Of a stretch of 64,000 nt of DNA, positions 40,061 through 49,692 are shown in pieces. Source of the DNA: an uncultured Actinomycetes bacterium (GTDB lineage: Bacteria > Actinomycetota > Thermoleophilia > RBG-16-64-13); contig CAWJDT010000001.1 of assembly GCA_963841735.1 (NCBI GenBank), positions 1,024,001 to 1,088,000 of the forward strand, given 5' to 3'. The position numbers were made by a program, and so were the translations under genes. The notes below the pieces were generated by a model. It was not told where the DNA came from and ran no database searches. It saw only the letters and a list, made by a program, of their open reading frames with translations. Numbering within the stretch: position 1 is the first letter of the stretch; each line of letters begins with the position of its first letter.

Positions 40061-41437
40061 ATGCCAGAAGAGAAAGCTGTAAGCCGCAGGGAATTCCTCA
40101 AGATCGCCGGGGTAGCCGGTGCGACCATCGGCGTTGCCGGCGGTCTGGGCGGGCTCGTAGCCGCATGCGGTGGAACCGAGAAGTCCACCACCACTGTTTC
40201 GGCCTCCGTGGAGACCGGCCGGGAGATCAAGGTTGGCTGCGTGATCCCCAAGACCGGTGCGTTGGCTCCGTTTGCCGGTCCGTTCGATTACGTGAAGGGG
40301 AGATGGGAAGAGGCTGTTGCCGGGGGCGTTGTGTGCGGCGACGGCAAGAATCACCCCATCAAGATCTTGGTCGAAGACACCCAGTCGGAGACCGGCAGAT
40401 GCGCCCAGGTGACCGGGGACCTGATCATGAACAACCAGGTGGACGTCGTATTCGCCGGCGGAGCTCCGGACACCATGAATCCGGCGGGCGACCAGTGCGA
40501 GGCGCTGGGATGCCCCGGCTTGATGATCCAGGGGCCGTGGCAGGCATTCTACTTCGGCAGAGGCGGTACTCCCGACAACAACCCCTTTAAGTGGAGCTAT
40601 GCCCTCTGCGTAGGCATCGAGGCCATGGCGGCCTGTTTCGTGGACATGTGGGATCAGATCTCGACCAACAAAGTAGCGGGGCTGCTCTACAGCAACGGCC
40701 CTGACGGTCAGTCATGGGCCGACGAGGAGAACGGGGGCCCGTTCACCTTCAAGCAGGCGGGATACGCCTACGAAATGCCCTCGCTGTATCAGGCGGGCTC
40801 GGACGACTATACCGCGCAGATCACCGCGTTTAAGAAAGCTGGGGCAGAGATCTGCTCGGGCGCTGCCAGCTCGCCCGATTTCACCAACTTCTGGAGCCAG
40901 GCGCTTCAGCAGAACTTCAGGCCGAAGATATGCACCATGGGCCAGGCTTTGAACTTCATCGAGACGGTGGAGGCCATCGGTCCTACCGCCATAGGGCTTA
41001 CCACCGAGATCAGCTGGCACCCGGACTACCCTTACAAGAGCGCGCTGAGCGGCGAGACCTGCAGAGAACTCGCCGACGACTACCAGACCAAGACCGGCAC
41101 GTACTGGTCGGCAGAGTTGATCGTGTATGCGCTCATGGAGTGGTACATCGATGCACTGAAGCGCGCCACCAATGTAGACGACAAGCAAGTCGTGATGGAC
41201 GCGATTTCTACTGCGAAGGTGGAGACGATCTACGGGCCGGTGGACTTCACCATGCCGGTGGACCCGGCCGCGCAGCTAGAGGTCATACGTCCGGTGCCGA
41301 ACTGCCTGCGCATGCCCACAGGCGCGGCGCAGTGGGTCAAGGGCGATAAGTGGTCGTACGAGAAGCTGCTCGTTTCGAACAAGTTCGTTCCCGGCGCCAA
41401 GATCACCAAGAAGGTCGAGGAGATCAAATACTCGTAG
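40061..41437 (+). CDS. Tat-exported ABC substrate-binding protein (branched-chain amino acid/LivJ-like fold)
   Basis: SRREFLK Tat motif, VAAC lipobox, IKVGCVIPKTG.LA.F, EDTQS. Confidence 0.88.
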   Translation: MPEEKAVSRREFLKIAGVAGATIGVAGGLGGLVAACGGTEKSTTTVSASVETGREIKVGCVIPKTGALAPFAGPFDYVKGRWEEAVAGGVVCGDGKNHPIKILVEDTQSETGRCAQVTGDLIMNNQVDVVFAGGAPDTMNPAGDQCEALGCPGLMIQGPWQAFYFGRGGTPDNNPFKWSYALCVGIEAMAACFVDMWDQISTNKVAGLLYSNGPDGQSWADEENGGPFTFKQAGYAYEMPSLYQAGSDDYTAQITAFKKAGAEICSGAASSPDFTNFWSQALQQNFRPKICTMGQALNFIETVEAIGPTAIGLTTEISWHPDYPYKSALSGETCRELADDYQTKTGTYWSAELIVYALMEWYIDALKRATNVDDKQVVMDAISTAKVETIYGPVDFTMPVDPAAQLEVIRPVPNCLRMPTGAAQWVKGDKWSYEKLLVSNKFVPGAKITKKVEEIKYS

Positions 41438-41483
41438 CTGCTTCTGCTTGAACGCCTGCCGGCAGTAGCAGGCGCAAAGAAAC

Positions 41484-41537
41484 AAGGGCCGCGTGGAGAT
41501 GCCTAGCGGTGGGCACCTCCCGCGGTCCTTCAGCTTT
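41484..41537 (+). terminator. Hairpin downstream of the substrate-binding gene
   Basis: AAGGGCCGCG.GGAG...CTCC-CGCGGTCCTT-cagcTTT. Confidence 0.5.
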
Positions 41538-41636
41538 GATTCGGGAGTTTCATCCTTGCAGTGTGTCGGGATACCGGCTTAAGATGGCTCTCGACATGCG
41601 TATTTGCCCTAACAGCGAGTCGGATCCGGGCGCCCC

Positions 41637-42911
41637 ATGAAAGGTCGCCTCCGTTTGTCCGTGATGACTCCGGCCGGTCGCGGCTTCGCCATGCTCGCGG
41701 CGATGCAGATCTGCTACGGATTCTCCTACAGCGCCCACAACGGCGTTATGACCAACTTCTTTGAGGACGTCCTCCATTTCAGCGGACCCCAATTCGGTTA
41801 TATAACGGCCATCCGTGAAGTCGCCGGGCTTTTTCTTATCCTGCTGATGATGCTTCTCTACAGGGTTTCGATACCACGGCTGTCGTCCGGCGCCATGCTT
41901 CTCATGGGCGTCGGTTTTGGTCTGTACGGGATAGCCGGCGGGTTCGCAACGGTGGTTCCATGGATCCTTATCGGTAGCTTTGGGATGCACACCATACTGC
42001 AGACCCAGTACTCGTTAGGCATGAGCCTGACGACGCAGGAGAAGAGCGGCCGCGTGCTCGGACGCTTGGCGGCCTTTAACCAGGTGGGCACATTCGCCGG
42101 TTTGGTGGCCGTCTTTCTGATCTTCCATTTCGGCCTGCTCTCATACGAGTGGACCTTCATCATCATAGGGATAGTCGCCTTTTTCGGTGCCATCGCCATC
42201 TTGCGATTTCCGCATCTGCACGATGGCGAAGAGCGCAAGGTGGCGCCCAAGCGGGACCCGATCGTTTGGCGCAGAGACTATCGCTACTACTACTGGCTCA
42301 ACCTGCTGGACGGGGTGCGTCAGCAGATATTCTTCTCCTTCGGGGTCTGGGTCTTGGTGCATCGCTTCAAGCTCACCGTCTCGGATATCGCGCTTCTCCT
42401 GATGGCGGTCACGCTTGTGGCCATCCTGTCTTCGTCGTACCTGGGAGGGCTGATCGATCGTCTGGGTGAGCGGCGGGTACTTCAGGCCATAAACATCGGC
42501 TACATCGTTGCTCTGGGAGGTTACGCTCTGGCGAACGACGTCTACCTGGCCAGCGTCTTCTACGTCATCTACTCCTTCATTGTGCCGTTCTCCACCATCG
42601 CGGCATCCACTTATCTGCGCAAAATCGCGGTACCTGAGGAGATCGCCCCCAGTTTGGCTATGGGCGTGACCATCCTGCACGCGACGGCTGTGGTGGTGCC
42701 AGTGGCGGCGGGGATAGTGCTCAAGTATGTGGGCTACCAGACCCCGTTCTTCATCGCCTGCGGCGCGGCGTTGGTCACCGTCGTGGTCACGCACCGTCTG
42801 AACCCGGAGAAACAGCGGACCGCGGCTCGTGTAGCGCTGGACGAGGCCAAACTTGCTGAGAGCGCGGCGGCAGGACCGGCGGCGGTCGATACGGGGGTCA
42901 CGACTCCCTGA
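41637..42911 (+). CDS. MFS transporter
   Basis: About 12 TM; IREVAG, LGGLIDRLGERR; start may be 41664. Confidence 0.85.
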   Translation: MKGRLRLSVMTPAGRGFAMLAAMQICYGFSYSAHNGVMTNFFEDVLHFSGPQFGYITAIREVAGLFLILLMMLLYRVSIPRLSSGAMLLMGVGFGLYGIAGGFATVVPWILIGSFGMHTILQTQYSLGMSLTTQEKSGRVLGRLAAFNQVGTFAGLVAVFLIFHFGLLSYEWTFIIIGIVAFFGAIAILRFPHLHDGEERKVAPKRDPIVWRRDYRYYYWLNLLDGVRQQIFFSFGVWVLVHRFKLTVSDIALLLMAVTLVAILSSSYLGGLIDRLGERRVLQAINIGYIVALGGYALANDVYLASVFYVIYSFIVPFSTIAASTYLRKIAVPEEIAPSLAMGVTILHATAVVVPVAAGIVLKYVGYQTPFFIACGAALVTVVVTHRLNPEKQRTAARVALDEAKLAESAAAGPAAVDTGVTTP

Positions 42912-43010
42912 CGGTCAAAGACACGGGTCGTGTTAAGGTTGCCGGCCTGGGTCATATCTTCTCGATTCAGTGGGTACAAGGATACCGGCAGTCTTCTCAA
43001 GGAGATGGTC

Positions 43011-45158
43011 GTGGCCCGACTCGCCCGCTGGTGCTACCGGCATCGCATCATCGTGGTCGTCGCTTGGTTGGTGGCGCTGGTCTTGGTGTTCAGCCTGGAG
43101 CGCGCCTTCGGCGACTCCTTCTCCGACTCGCTTCGTTTGCCTGGGACCGAGTCCGCTCGTGCCTTCGAGCTGTTGAACTCGGCTCTTCCCCAGCAGGCCG
43201 GTGAGTCGGGGACGATCGTCTGGCACACGCCCACTGGTTCCGTGAACGACCCGGCGGCAAAAGCGCGCATGCAGTCCCTACTGGGAGAAGTCACGGCGCT
43301 GCAGGCGGTGGAGTCGGTGAGCAGCCCCTATGAGCCTGCCGGTGCCGGGCAGATCAGCGCCGACAGCAAGACTGCCTATGCCACGATCACGTACTCCGGA
43401 GATGCTGCGCCCTCTTCCGGCGAAGGCATTCGTGGCGTGATGGATCTCGTCGCCGGGGCGCGCACCCAGGGCCTGCAGGTAGAGCTTGGCGGCGATTCAG
43501 CTTCAAACGACACGTCGCTTTCGAGCAGCATCGCCATAGGCGTGATCGCCGCCGGGGCGATCATCTTGCTCGCCTTTGGCTCGCTCTTTGGCATGGCGCT
43601 GCCGCTGATCACCGCGGGCGTGGCGCTGGGTCTGACGTTCTTCTCAATCGGGCTTCTCTCTCACGCCGTCGCCATCAACTCGGTCGCTCCGACCATGGCC
43701 ATGATCGTCGGCCTGGGGGTGGGTATCGACTACGCGCTTTTCATCGTCACCAGATATCGTCAGGGACTCAAGAGCGGTAATCCCCCGGAAGAGGCGGCCG
43801 TGCGGGCGCTCAACACGTCTGGTCGCGCGGTGCTTTTCGCCGGCATGACGGTCTGCATCGCGCTGCTCGGCCTTCTGGTGCTCCGCGTGGATCTGCTCTC
43901 CGGTCTGGCCTATGCCTCAGTTCTCAACGTCGCGCTGACTGTGGCCACGGCGGTCACTCTCCTGCCAGCGCTGCTGGGCTTCATGGGCCCGCGCCTACTC
44001 AGCCGTCGCGAGCGTCGTCGTCTGGCCGAGAACGGGTCCCGAGAGGTGAGAGGCGGCGGTTTCTGGGAGCGCCTAGGGGGGTTCGTATCCCGCCGGCCCG
44101 CCATTCTCGCGGCGGCCGCAATGGTCGTCATGCTCGTGCTGGCCGGTCCCTTCCTGGCCTTGCGGCTCGGTCTGTCGGATGCCGGCAACGATCCCGCGTC
44201 CTCGACCACCCGCAGAGCCTACGACCTGTTGACGCAGGGATTCGGACCGGGCTTCAATGGACCCTTGCTCCTCGTGGCCCAGGTGGATTCTCCGGAAGCC
44301 GCCGCGGCACTCGAGAGGCTGACGGAGGAGTTGCGGGACTTGAGCGGCGTAGCCGCGGTCGCACCTGTGCCTTCGCAACCTGGGGCGGAGGTGGCGGTCG
44401 TCCAGGTTGTCCCCACCACCTCGCCTCAGGACGAGCGGACCAGCGATTTGATCGTGCATTTGCGCAACGAGGTGATCCCGGCGGCCGAGGGGAGCAGCGG
44501 CCTGCAGGTGTTCGTAGGCGGGGGCACGGCTTTCTTCGACGACTTTGCCGCCATCATCATGTCGAAGCTGCCGCTGTTCCTAGGTGTCATCGTCGGACTT
44601 GGGTTCGTGCTGCTGTTCGTCGCTTTCCGCAGCCTAGTGATTCCCGCCACGGCTGCCATCATGAACCTGCTGGCGGCCGCCGCAAGCATCGGAGTGGTGG
44701 TTGCGTTCTTCCAATGGGGCTGGGGGTCGGAGTTGCTGGGGTTGGGCCGGGCCGGGCCGGTAGAGGTCTTTCTGCCGGTGCTCATGTTGGCGGTCCTATT
44801 CGGCCTATCCATGGACTACCAGGTCTTCCTAGTCAGTCGTATGCACGAGGAGTGGGTCCATACCCGCGCCAACCGCCGCGCGGTGATTGCGGGTCAGGTG
44901 GCCACGGGGCGAGTCATCACTGCTGCCGCGGCCATCATGATCTGCGTCTTTGCGGCGTTCATCTTGGGAGGCCAGCGGGTCATCGCGGAGTTCGGGGTCG
45001 GGCTGGCCTCCGCGGTCTTCCTGGACGCCTTCGTACTGCGCACGTTCCTAGTGCCGGCCTTGATGCATCTCTTTGGCAAGGCCAACTGGTGGCTGCCCGG
45101 TCCGCTCGATCGTCATCTGCCTCACCTTGCCGTGGAACCACCGGAGGATGCGAAATAG
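43011..45158 (+). CDS. MMPL/RND family transporter
   Basis: GVGIDYALFIVTRYR, GFGPGFNGPL, FGLSMDYQVFLVSR, NWWLP. Confidence 0.93.
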   Translation: MARLARWCYRHRIIVVVAWLVALVLVFSLERAFGDSFSDSLRLPGTESARAFELLNSALPQQAGESGTIVWHTPTGSVNDPAAKARMQSLLGEVTALQAVESVSSPYEPAGAGQISADSKTAYATITYSGDAAPSSGEGIRGVMDLVAGARTQGLQVELGGDSASNDTSLSSSIAIGVIAAGAIILLAFGSLFGMALPLITAGVALGLTFFSIGLLSHAVAINSVAPTMAMIVGLGVGIDYALFIVTRYRQGLKSGNPPEEAAVRALNTSGRAVLFAGMTVCIALLGLLVLRVDLLSGLAYASVLNVALTVATAVTLLPALLGFMGPRLLSRRERRRLAENGSREVRGGGFWERLGGFVSRRPAILAAAAMVVMLVLAGPFLALRLGLSDAGNDPASSTTRRAYDLLTQGFGPGFNGPLLLVAQVDSPEAAAALERLTEELRDLSGVAAVAPVPSQPGAEVAVVQVVPTTSPQDERTSDLIVHLRNEVIPAAEGSSGLQVFVGGGTAFFDDFAAIIMSKLPLFLGVIVGLGFVLLFVAFRSLVIPATAAIMNLLAAAASIGVVVAFFQWGWGSELLGLGRAGPVEVFLPVLMLAVLFGLSMDYQVFLVSRMHEEWVHTRANRRAVIAGQVATGRVITAAAAIMICVFAAFILGGQRVIAEFGVGLASAVFLDAFVLRTFLVPALMHLFGKANWWLPGPLDRHLPHLAVEPPEDAK

Positions 45159-45169
45159 GCTCAGGCGCC

Positions 45170-45634
45170 CTATTCCGCGCTCTCCGCCACTGTCGTCACC
45201 AGGCGTGTGAGCGACTCGATGAACCGTTGCCGGTCTTCGTCCAGAAAAGGCGAGGGTCCTGTTGTCCGCCCTCCCGCGCGCCGGTGTCGCTGCTCGGCGT
45301 GACGGATGGCCAACTCGGCGTCTATGGTGGCCAACAGGTATTGACGGCCTCGGGGGCTCAGAGGGCGGCACCCTCGGCCCAGGGCCATGGCTGCGAGTCC
45401 GGTGTCGTTTGTTACCACGATGTCCCCCGGTGTCAGCCGGGGCACCATGGCGAAGTCGGCGGAGTCTCGTCCCGAAGCTACCTGCAGGATCTCCACCCCG
45501 GCTCGGCCTGCATGGCGGCTGAGGTTCTGCGACTGGTTGGCGACCAAGACGACCTGCAGTGAGTGCGATCTCGCCACCGCTATGGCATCGCGTGTCACCG
45601 GGCAGGCATCCGCGTCGATGAAGACCGTGGTCAT
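45170..45634 (-). CDS. YaiI/YqxD (DUF188) family protein
   Basis: FIDADACPV, DSAD, GDIVVTND.GLA, GGRTTGP. Confidence 0.92.
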   Translation of the reverse strand: MTTVFIDADACPVTRDAIAVARSHSLQVVLVANQSQNLSRHAGRAGVEILQVASGRDSADFAMVPRLTPGDIVVTNDTGLAAMALGRGCRPLSPRGRQYLLATIDAELAIRHAEQRHRRAGGRTTGPSPFLDEDRQRFIESLTRLVTTVAESAE

Positions 45635-45911
45635 GCCATGTCGACGAATAGGGGGAGCGCCTCGGGTCCTTTCAGGCTGTAGCCGAGCGCTCGCACCTTT
45701 CCGGCCTCGGTGGGCAGAAGGAGCTCTTTGCCAAAGGGCATCGGGATGCGATAGAGATCGTTGTTCACGGGAGTCACCTCGGTGGAGCTTGATAGCCAAC
45801 ACAATGGGCCAATCGGGGGACAATGTCCAGAGCGTCCCCGCGTAACTGTCACGTTACACTTAGATTCGAGGAGTCACGGCAATGCAACCTGGTGGAAAGG
45901 GGACTCGAGCG

Positions 45912-46196
45912 ATGACGTACGTGATCGTGCAGCACAAGATCGGCAAGTGGGCGGAGTTCGAGGCTATCTTCAAGAGCGATGAGGAACGGCGCAGGACGTT
46001 GGGTTCAAAGGGCGGAAAACTCTTTCGCGATAACGAAGATCCCCAGATGCTCTTCGTGGTCTTTGAATGGAGCGGCGCCGAAGGGGCGCAGAAGTTCGTC
46101 GACAGTCTGGAGACTCACGAGGCCATGAAGTGGGCCACCTCAGGGATCTGGTCTCGCGTGTACGTGGTGGATGAGGTGCTCGAAGTAGACGCTTGA
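45912..46196 (+). CDS. Small dimeric alpha-beta barrel (ABM/cyclase-like) protein
   Basis: IVQHKI..WAEF...F...RR..GSKGG.LFR..EDP..LFVVFEW. Confidence 0.75.
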   Translation: MTYVIVQHKIGKWAEFEAIFKSDEERRRTLGSKGGKLFRDNEDPQMLFVVFEWSGAEGAQKFVDSLETHEAMKWATSGIWSRVYVVDEVLEVDA

Positions 46197-46239
46197 CCGC
46201 TTAGCCAGGGCGATCGCGGGCTTGGAAACGCGACGTCTG

Positions 46240-48915
46240 TTAGGCCACCGACTCAGACAGAGTGTCTGGTTTAGAGCAGTCGACGGCGGGCCTGTCGAGC
46301 AGGGCAAGGAACGTCTCAACGACCTCTGGGTCCAGCTGCGTGCCCGATACCCGGTTCAGTTCATCCCGGGCCTCGGCGGGGGTGAGGGCTTTGCGGTAAG
46401 ACCGGCCGGAGGTCATGGCCGAATAGGCGTCGGCCACAGCAAGGATGCGGCCCAATAGAGGGATGTCCTTGCCACTCAGACCGCGGGGGTATCCGTGCCC
46501 GTCGTAGCGTTCGTGGTGGCTGCCGATAGCGGCGAGCACGTCGAGCAGGTTGGGTATCTCTTTGATTATCAACTCTCCCAGGCCCACGTGCTGTTTGACG
46601 ATGTCGTATTCGTCGTCGCTTAGGCTGCCTGGCTTCCGCAGGATACGATCGGGTATGCCAATCTTGCCTACGTCATGGAGCAGGCCCGCGATGCGTAGAC
46701 ACCGCACTGTATCAGTAGGCAGGCCGAGCTCCGCCGCCAAAGCTACGGCCCGGTCGCTCACATCATCCGAATGTCTGCGGGTGTAGTGGTCCTTGCCGTC
46801 CACCGCCGTAACCAGCCCATCCAGAATGGTGAAGATGCCTGCCGAATCTCCGAGGCGCCCCTCCGTAGTGTCTCCAGAGGTGACGCAATTGCCGCCCTGT
46901 CCCTTTGAGAGGTACATGTTGGCGTCGGCAGCGGCCAGCAACTCACCCGCATGCCGGCCGTCGAAGGGGTAGGTGGCGACTCCATAGCTCATGCGCAAGG
47001 GGACCGCGGTCTGGTCATCCGGATGCCAGGCGAACTCGTCGAGTTTCTGCTTGACCCGCTCGATGGTCTTGAGCGCGTTGTGCGCATCCGTATCGGGCAA
47101 CAGGGCCAAGAACTCATCTCCGCCATATCGTCCCACGAAGTCGCCCCTACGTATGGCTCTCTCGAGAATCTTCGCCGTCTCCTGAAGCACCTGGTCTCCG
47201 CTCGTGTGACCATATGTGTCGTTGAATAGCTTGAAGTTGTCGAGGTCCATCATCACCGCAGCGAAGTGCCCGCCCGAACGCTCGCTTCTGGCCAGTTCCT
47301 TCTCGAGAAGGGCGTTGATGCCCCGGTGATTGAGGAGTTTCGTCACGGGATCGCGTTGGCTCAAGAACTTGGCCTCGTCATACAGACGGGCATTCTCCAG
47401 AGCCACGCCTATGAGAGCGGCGAGGCTATTGGCCAGCGCGAACTCCGCGTCGGTGAGCGGAGCGCGGCCCTTCTTCGTGCCAAGGCAGAGCACGGCCAGC
47501 GCTTCCCCCCTCAGGAGGACCGGCACGACTAGAACGTCGGAAAAGACGTCCTCGCCCGAATCGGCCTGCGCGAATACGCTCTGTGTCAGTTGCGCTGAAG
47601 TCCTACCGATCACAGCTCGCTCCACGTCGGGACATGTCGTTACGAGCCTCTTCAGCTGAGCGCGGTTTCTGCGGGTGAGGCCTTCGCTGCCCGTGACGTT
47701 ATAGGGCGGGGTCAAAGGAAGCGACACGATTATCCCGCCGTCGCGTCCGGTGGTCTGGCAGGCCATACGGATGCCGATCCTTCGGACTTCGGACGCTGTT
47801 AGGCAATGGCTGATGGCCACGGCCGCCTCGTTGAGCCTGGCCAAGTGCTCCTTCTCTGTAGCAAGGGCGCGTTCCCATAGCTTGCGATCGGTGATGTCGA
47901 GGGCGACGAAGATCGCGCCAAGATATCGCGCCGCCCGATCTTGCAGCAGCGAAACGGAGACGCTGACATCGATGGGGCTCCGAGCCAGTGGCTTCCACAG
48001 CGCCTCGTGTTGTCGAACGCCTTCCCCCTCGAGGCATCCATGTACAAGGTTTCGCCATTCCACGGGCGATGTGAAGATGTCATCCAGGGAGAGGTCCAGC
48101 AGTCTGGCCCTCGTGTATCCGAGGAGTTGGCTTGCCGCGTGATTGCTCATCTCCACCCCGCCGTCCATGCGGGTGACGAGCACCGCTCCCTGCATGGTGG
48201 CGAGTATCTGTTCGGCCGCGAAAGAGGGTGTCATGTACACGATACGGTGGCGTCTTTCGAGCAGGAAGATCACGCCGAGGAAAGCGAAGATGGCAACATA
48301 GCCGCACGGATAAACGGACATCCCGTATTTCGCGGGGAAGTCTACCGCGACCACCGAGATAGTCAGTAGGGCCAGAAGGGACATGCCGATGCGCCGATGG
48401 GAAGAGCTGCCCCTGGGCGCTTGGCGGAGCTTGGCCGAGAGCAGAACTACACCCGAGATTATCGTAGCGGCGCAGTAGCCTATGAACCAGAAGCCGGCGG
48501 CGCCATAGGTGGGGTAGTAGCCCCACCATTGCTGCTCGACGCCGGATATCAGTAGGTCTGTCTTGTTGGCCAGGCCCACGAAGGCAACAGCTACTGCCAG
48601 CGCGGCCCATACCAGGACCCTCAGGCGCTGGTATTGGCGGAGGGCCACCAAGACGTACAGGGAAAGTGTCGCCGGGAGCAGAGGCGCCCCCATGTAGGCC
48701 ACCTCAGTCCAAAACAGCGCGGTATGCGGGTTGGCGGAGCAGTAGCATAATGCCGAGGCACCTAGCCACACACAGATAGTGGCTGTGACGAGAACCAGCG
48801 CCCCGCCCACTGGCGACATCCGTTCGCGCCGCAGTACCAAGGCGCCGACCGCCAGGCTGCTCAGGGCCGTGAGTATGAGCGGCAGTGCGAACCAGTTAAG
48901 GGCGTAATTGCTCAT
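46240..48915 (-). CDS. 7TM-PAS-GAF-GGDEF-HD-GYP c-di-GMP turnover protein
   Basis: 7TM N-terminus, RYGGDEF, LLHDVGKIG, HHERYDGHGYP. Confidence 0.93.
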   Translation of the reverse strand: MSNYALNWFALPLILTALSSLAVGALVLRRERMSPVGGALVLVTATICVWLGASALCYCSANPHTALFWTEVAYMGAPLLPATLSLYVLVALRQYQRLRVLVWAALAVAVAFVGLANKTDLLISGVEQQWWGYYPTYGAAGFWFIGYCAATIISGVVLLSAKLRQAPRGSSSHRRIGMSLLALLTISVVAVDFPAKYGMSVYPCGYVAIFAFLGVIFLLERRHRIVYMTPSFAAEQILATMQGAVLVTRMDGGVEMSNHAASQLLGYTRARLLDLSLDDIFTSPVEWRNLVHGCLEGEGVRQHEALWKPLARSPIDVSVSVSLLQDRAARYLGAIFVALDITDRKLWERALATEKEHLARLNEAAVAISHCLTASEVRRIGIRMACQTTGRDGGIIVSLPLTPPYNVTGSEGLTRRNRAQLKRLVTTCPDVERAVIGRTSAQLTQSVFAQADSGEDVFSDVLVVPVLLRGEALAVLCLGTKKGRAPLTDAEFALANSLAALIGVALENARLYDEAKFLSQRDPVTKLLNHRGINALLEKELARSERSGGHFAAVMMDLDNFKLFNDTYGHTSGDQVLQETAKILERAIRRGDFVGRYGGDEFLALLPDTDAHNALKTIERVKQKLDEFAWHPDDQTAVPLRMSYGVATYPFDGRHAGELLAAADANMYLSKGQGGNCVTSGDTTEGRLGDSAGIFTILDGLVTAVDGKDHYTRRHSDDVSDRAVALAAELGLPTDTVRCLRIAGLLHDVGKIGIPDRILRKPGSLSDDEYDIVKQHVGLGELIIKEIPNLLDVLAAIGSHHERYDGHGYPRGLSGKDIPLLGRILAVADAYSAMTSGRSYRKALTPAEARDELNRVSGTQLDPEVVETFLALLDRPAVDCSKPDTLSESVA

Positions 48916-49012
48916 AACGCCGAGTTTATCGACGTATTTCCCGCTAAGCTTTAGACATGGAAACCGAGGCCACTTGACGCCGCGGCGCTTCTAGGCCTGG
49001 CTGGGCGCTCTC

Positions 49013-49657
49013 CTACCGCAGAGCTTCCTTTAGATTGGTGAGTATTCTGGTCCCGAGCAGGACGTTGAGCGGCGCATTCTTGGAAGAATCGTACGGATCG
49101 GCGTCGAAAGCGACGACTATGTAGTAGCCCTGGTAATACAAGTGCAGTTGCCCGGTGTCGGTGAACGAGAAGGCTTGCTCACCGAGGGCCACCGGGGTGA
49201 TCTCGCCTCTACTCAGCTCCTGCTCGAATTCGAAAGAGCTGAGTACGGTATTGCCTGATTGGATGGCCGCGCTGGACTTTAGGCTGTCCTGGCGGATCTC
49301 CACCAGGGCATGTATACCGGTGCCGTCAAGGTCGTACGCATATCTCTCGGATATCATGCCGCTCGCCGGATCCTCGTAGAGAGTACCAGGGTCGAGGGTC
49401 GTGGGATGTCCGCTGAGATCCGAAGCCTCATCGGCGGACAGAAGGTCGTGAGGGGCGAATACGGGCGAGTTCGCAGGTAGTGTCGTGGAGTCGGAGCCAG
49501 GCGGAAGAGATTCCGAAGTCTGGGGTGCGCCGATAGTCGGGGCAGTCGTGGTCGGCTCCGACAAGGACGTCGTGCCTCCCGACTGACATGCCACGGCGAG
49601 CGTCAGCACTGCGATCGACAGCAGCGCAGCAGTGGCAAGCGATACCACTCTCTTCAT
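49013..49657 (-). CDS. Hypothetical lipoprotein
   Basis: GGAGG RBS; MKR..LAVAC lipobox; Thr/Pro linker. Confidence 0.72.
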   Translation of the reverse strand: MKRVVSLATAALLSIAVLTLAVACQSGGTTSLSEPTTTAPTIGAPQTSESLPPGSDSTTLPANSPVFAPHDLLSADEASDLSGHPTTLDPGTLYEDPASGMISERYAYDLDGTGIHALVEIRQDSLKSSAAIQSGNTVLSSFEFEQELSRGEITPVALGEQAFSFTDTGQLHLYYQGYYIVVAFDADPYDSSKNAPLNVLLGTRILTNLKEALR

Positions 49658-49692
49658 CCTCCACCAACCTCCTTCGGTGCGTTTGCTGGGCG

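Noticed and set aside
45631-45852. Short ORF containing MPFGK as a DUF3820-like gene
   Set aside because: Similarity is limited to five residues and there is no clear RBS.
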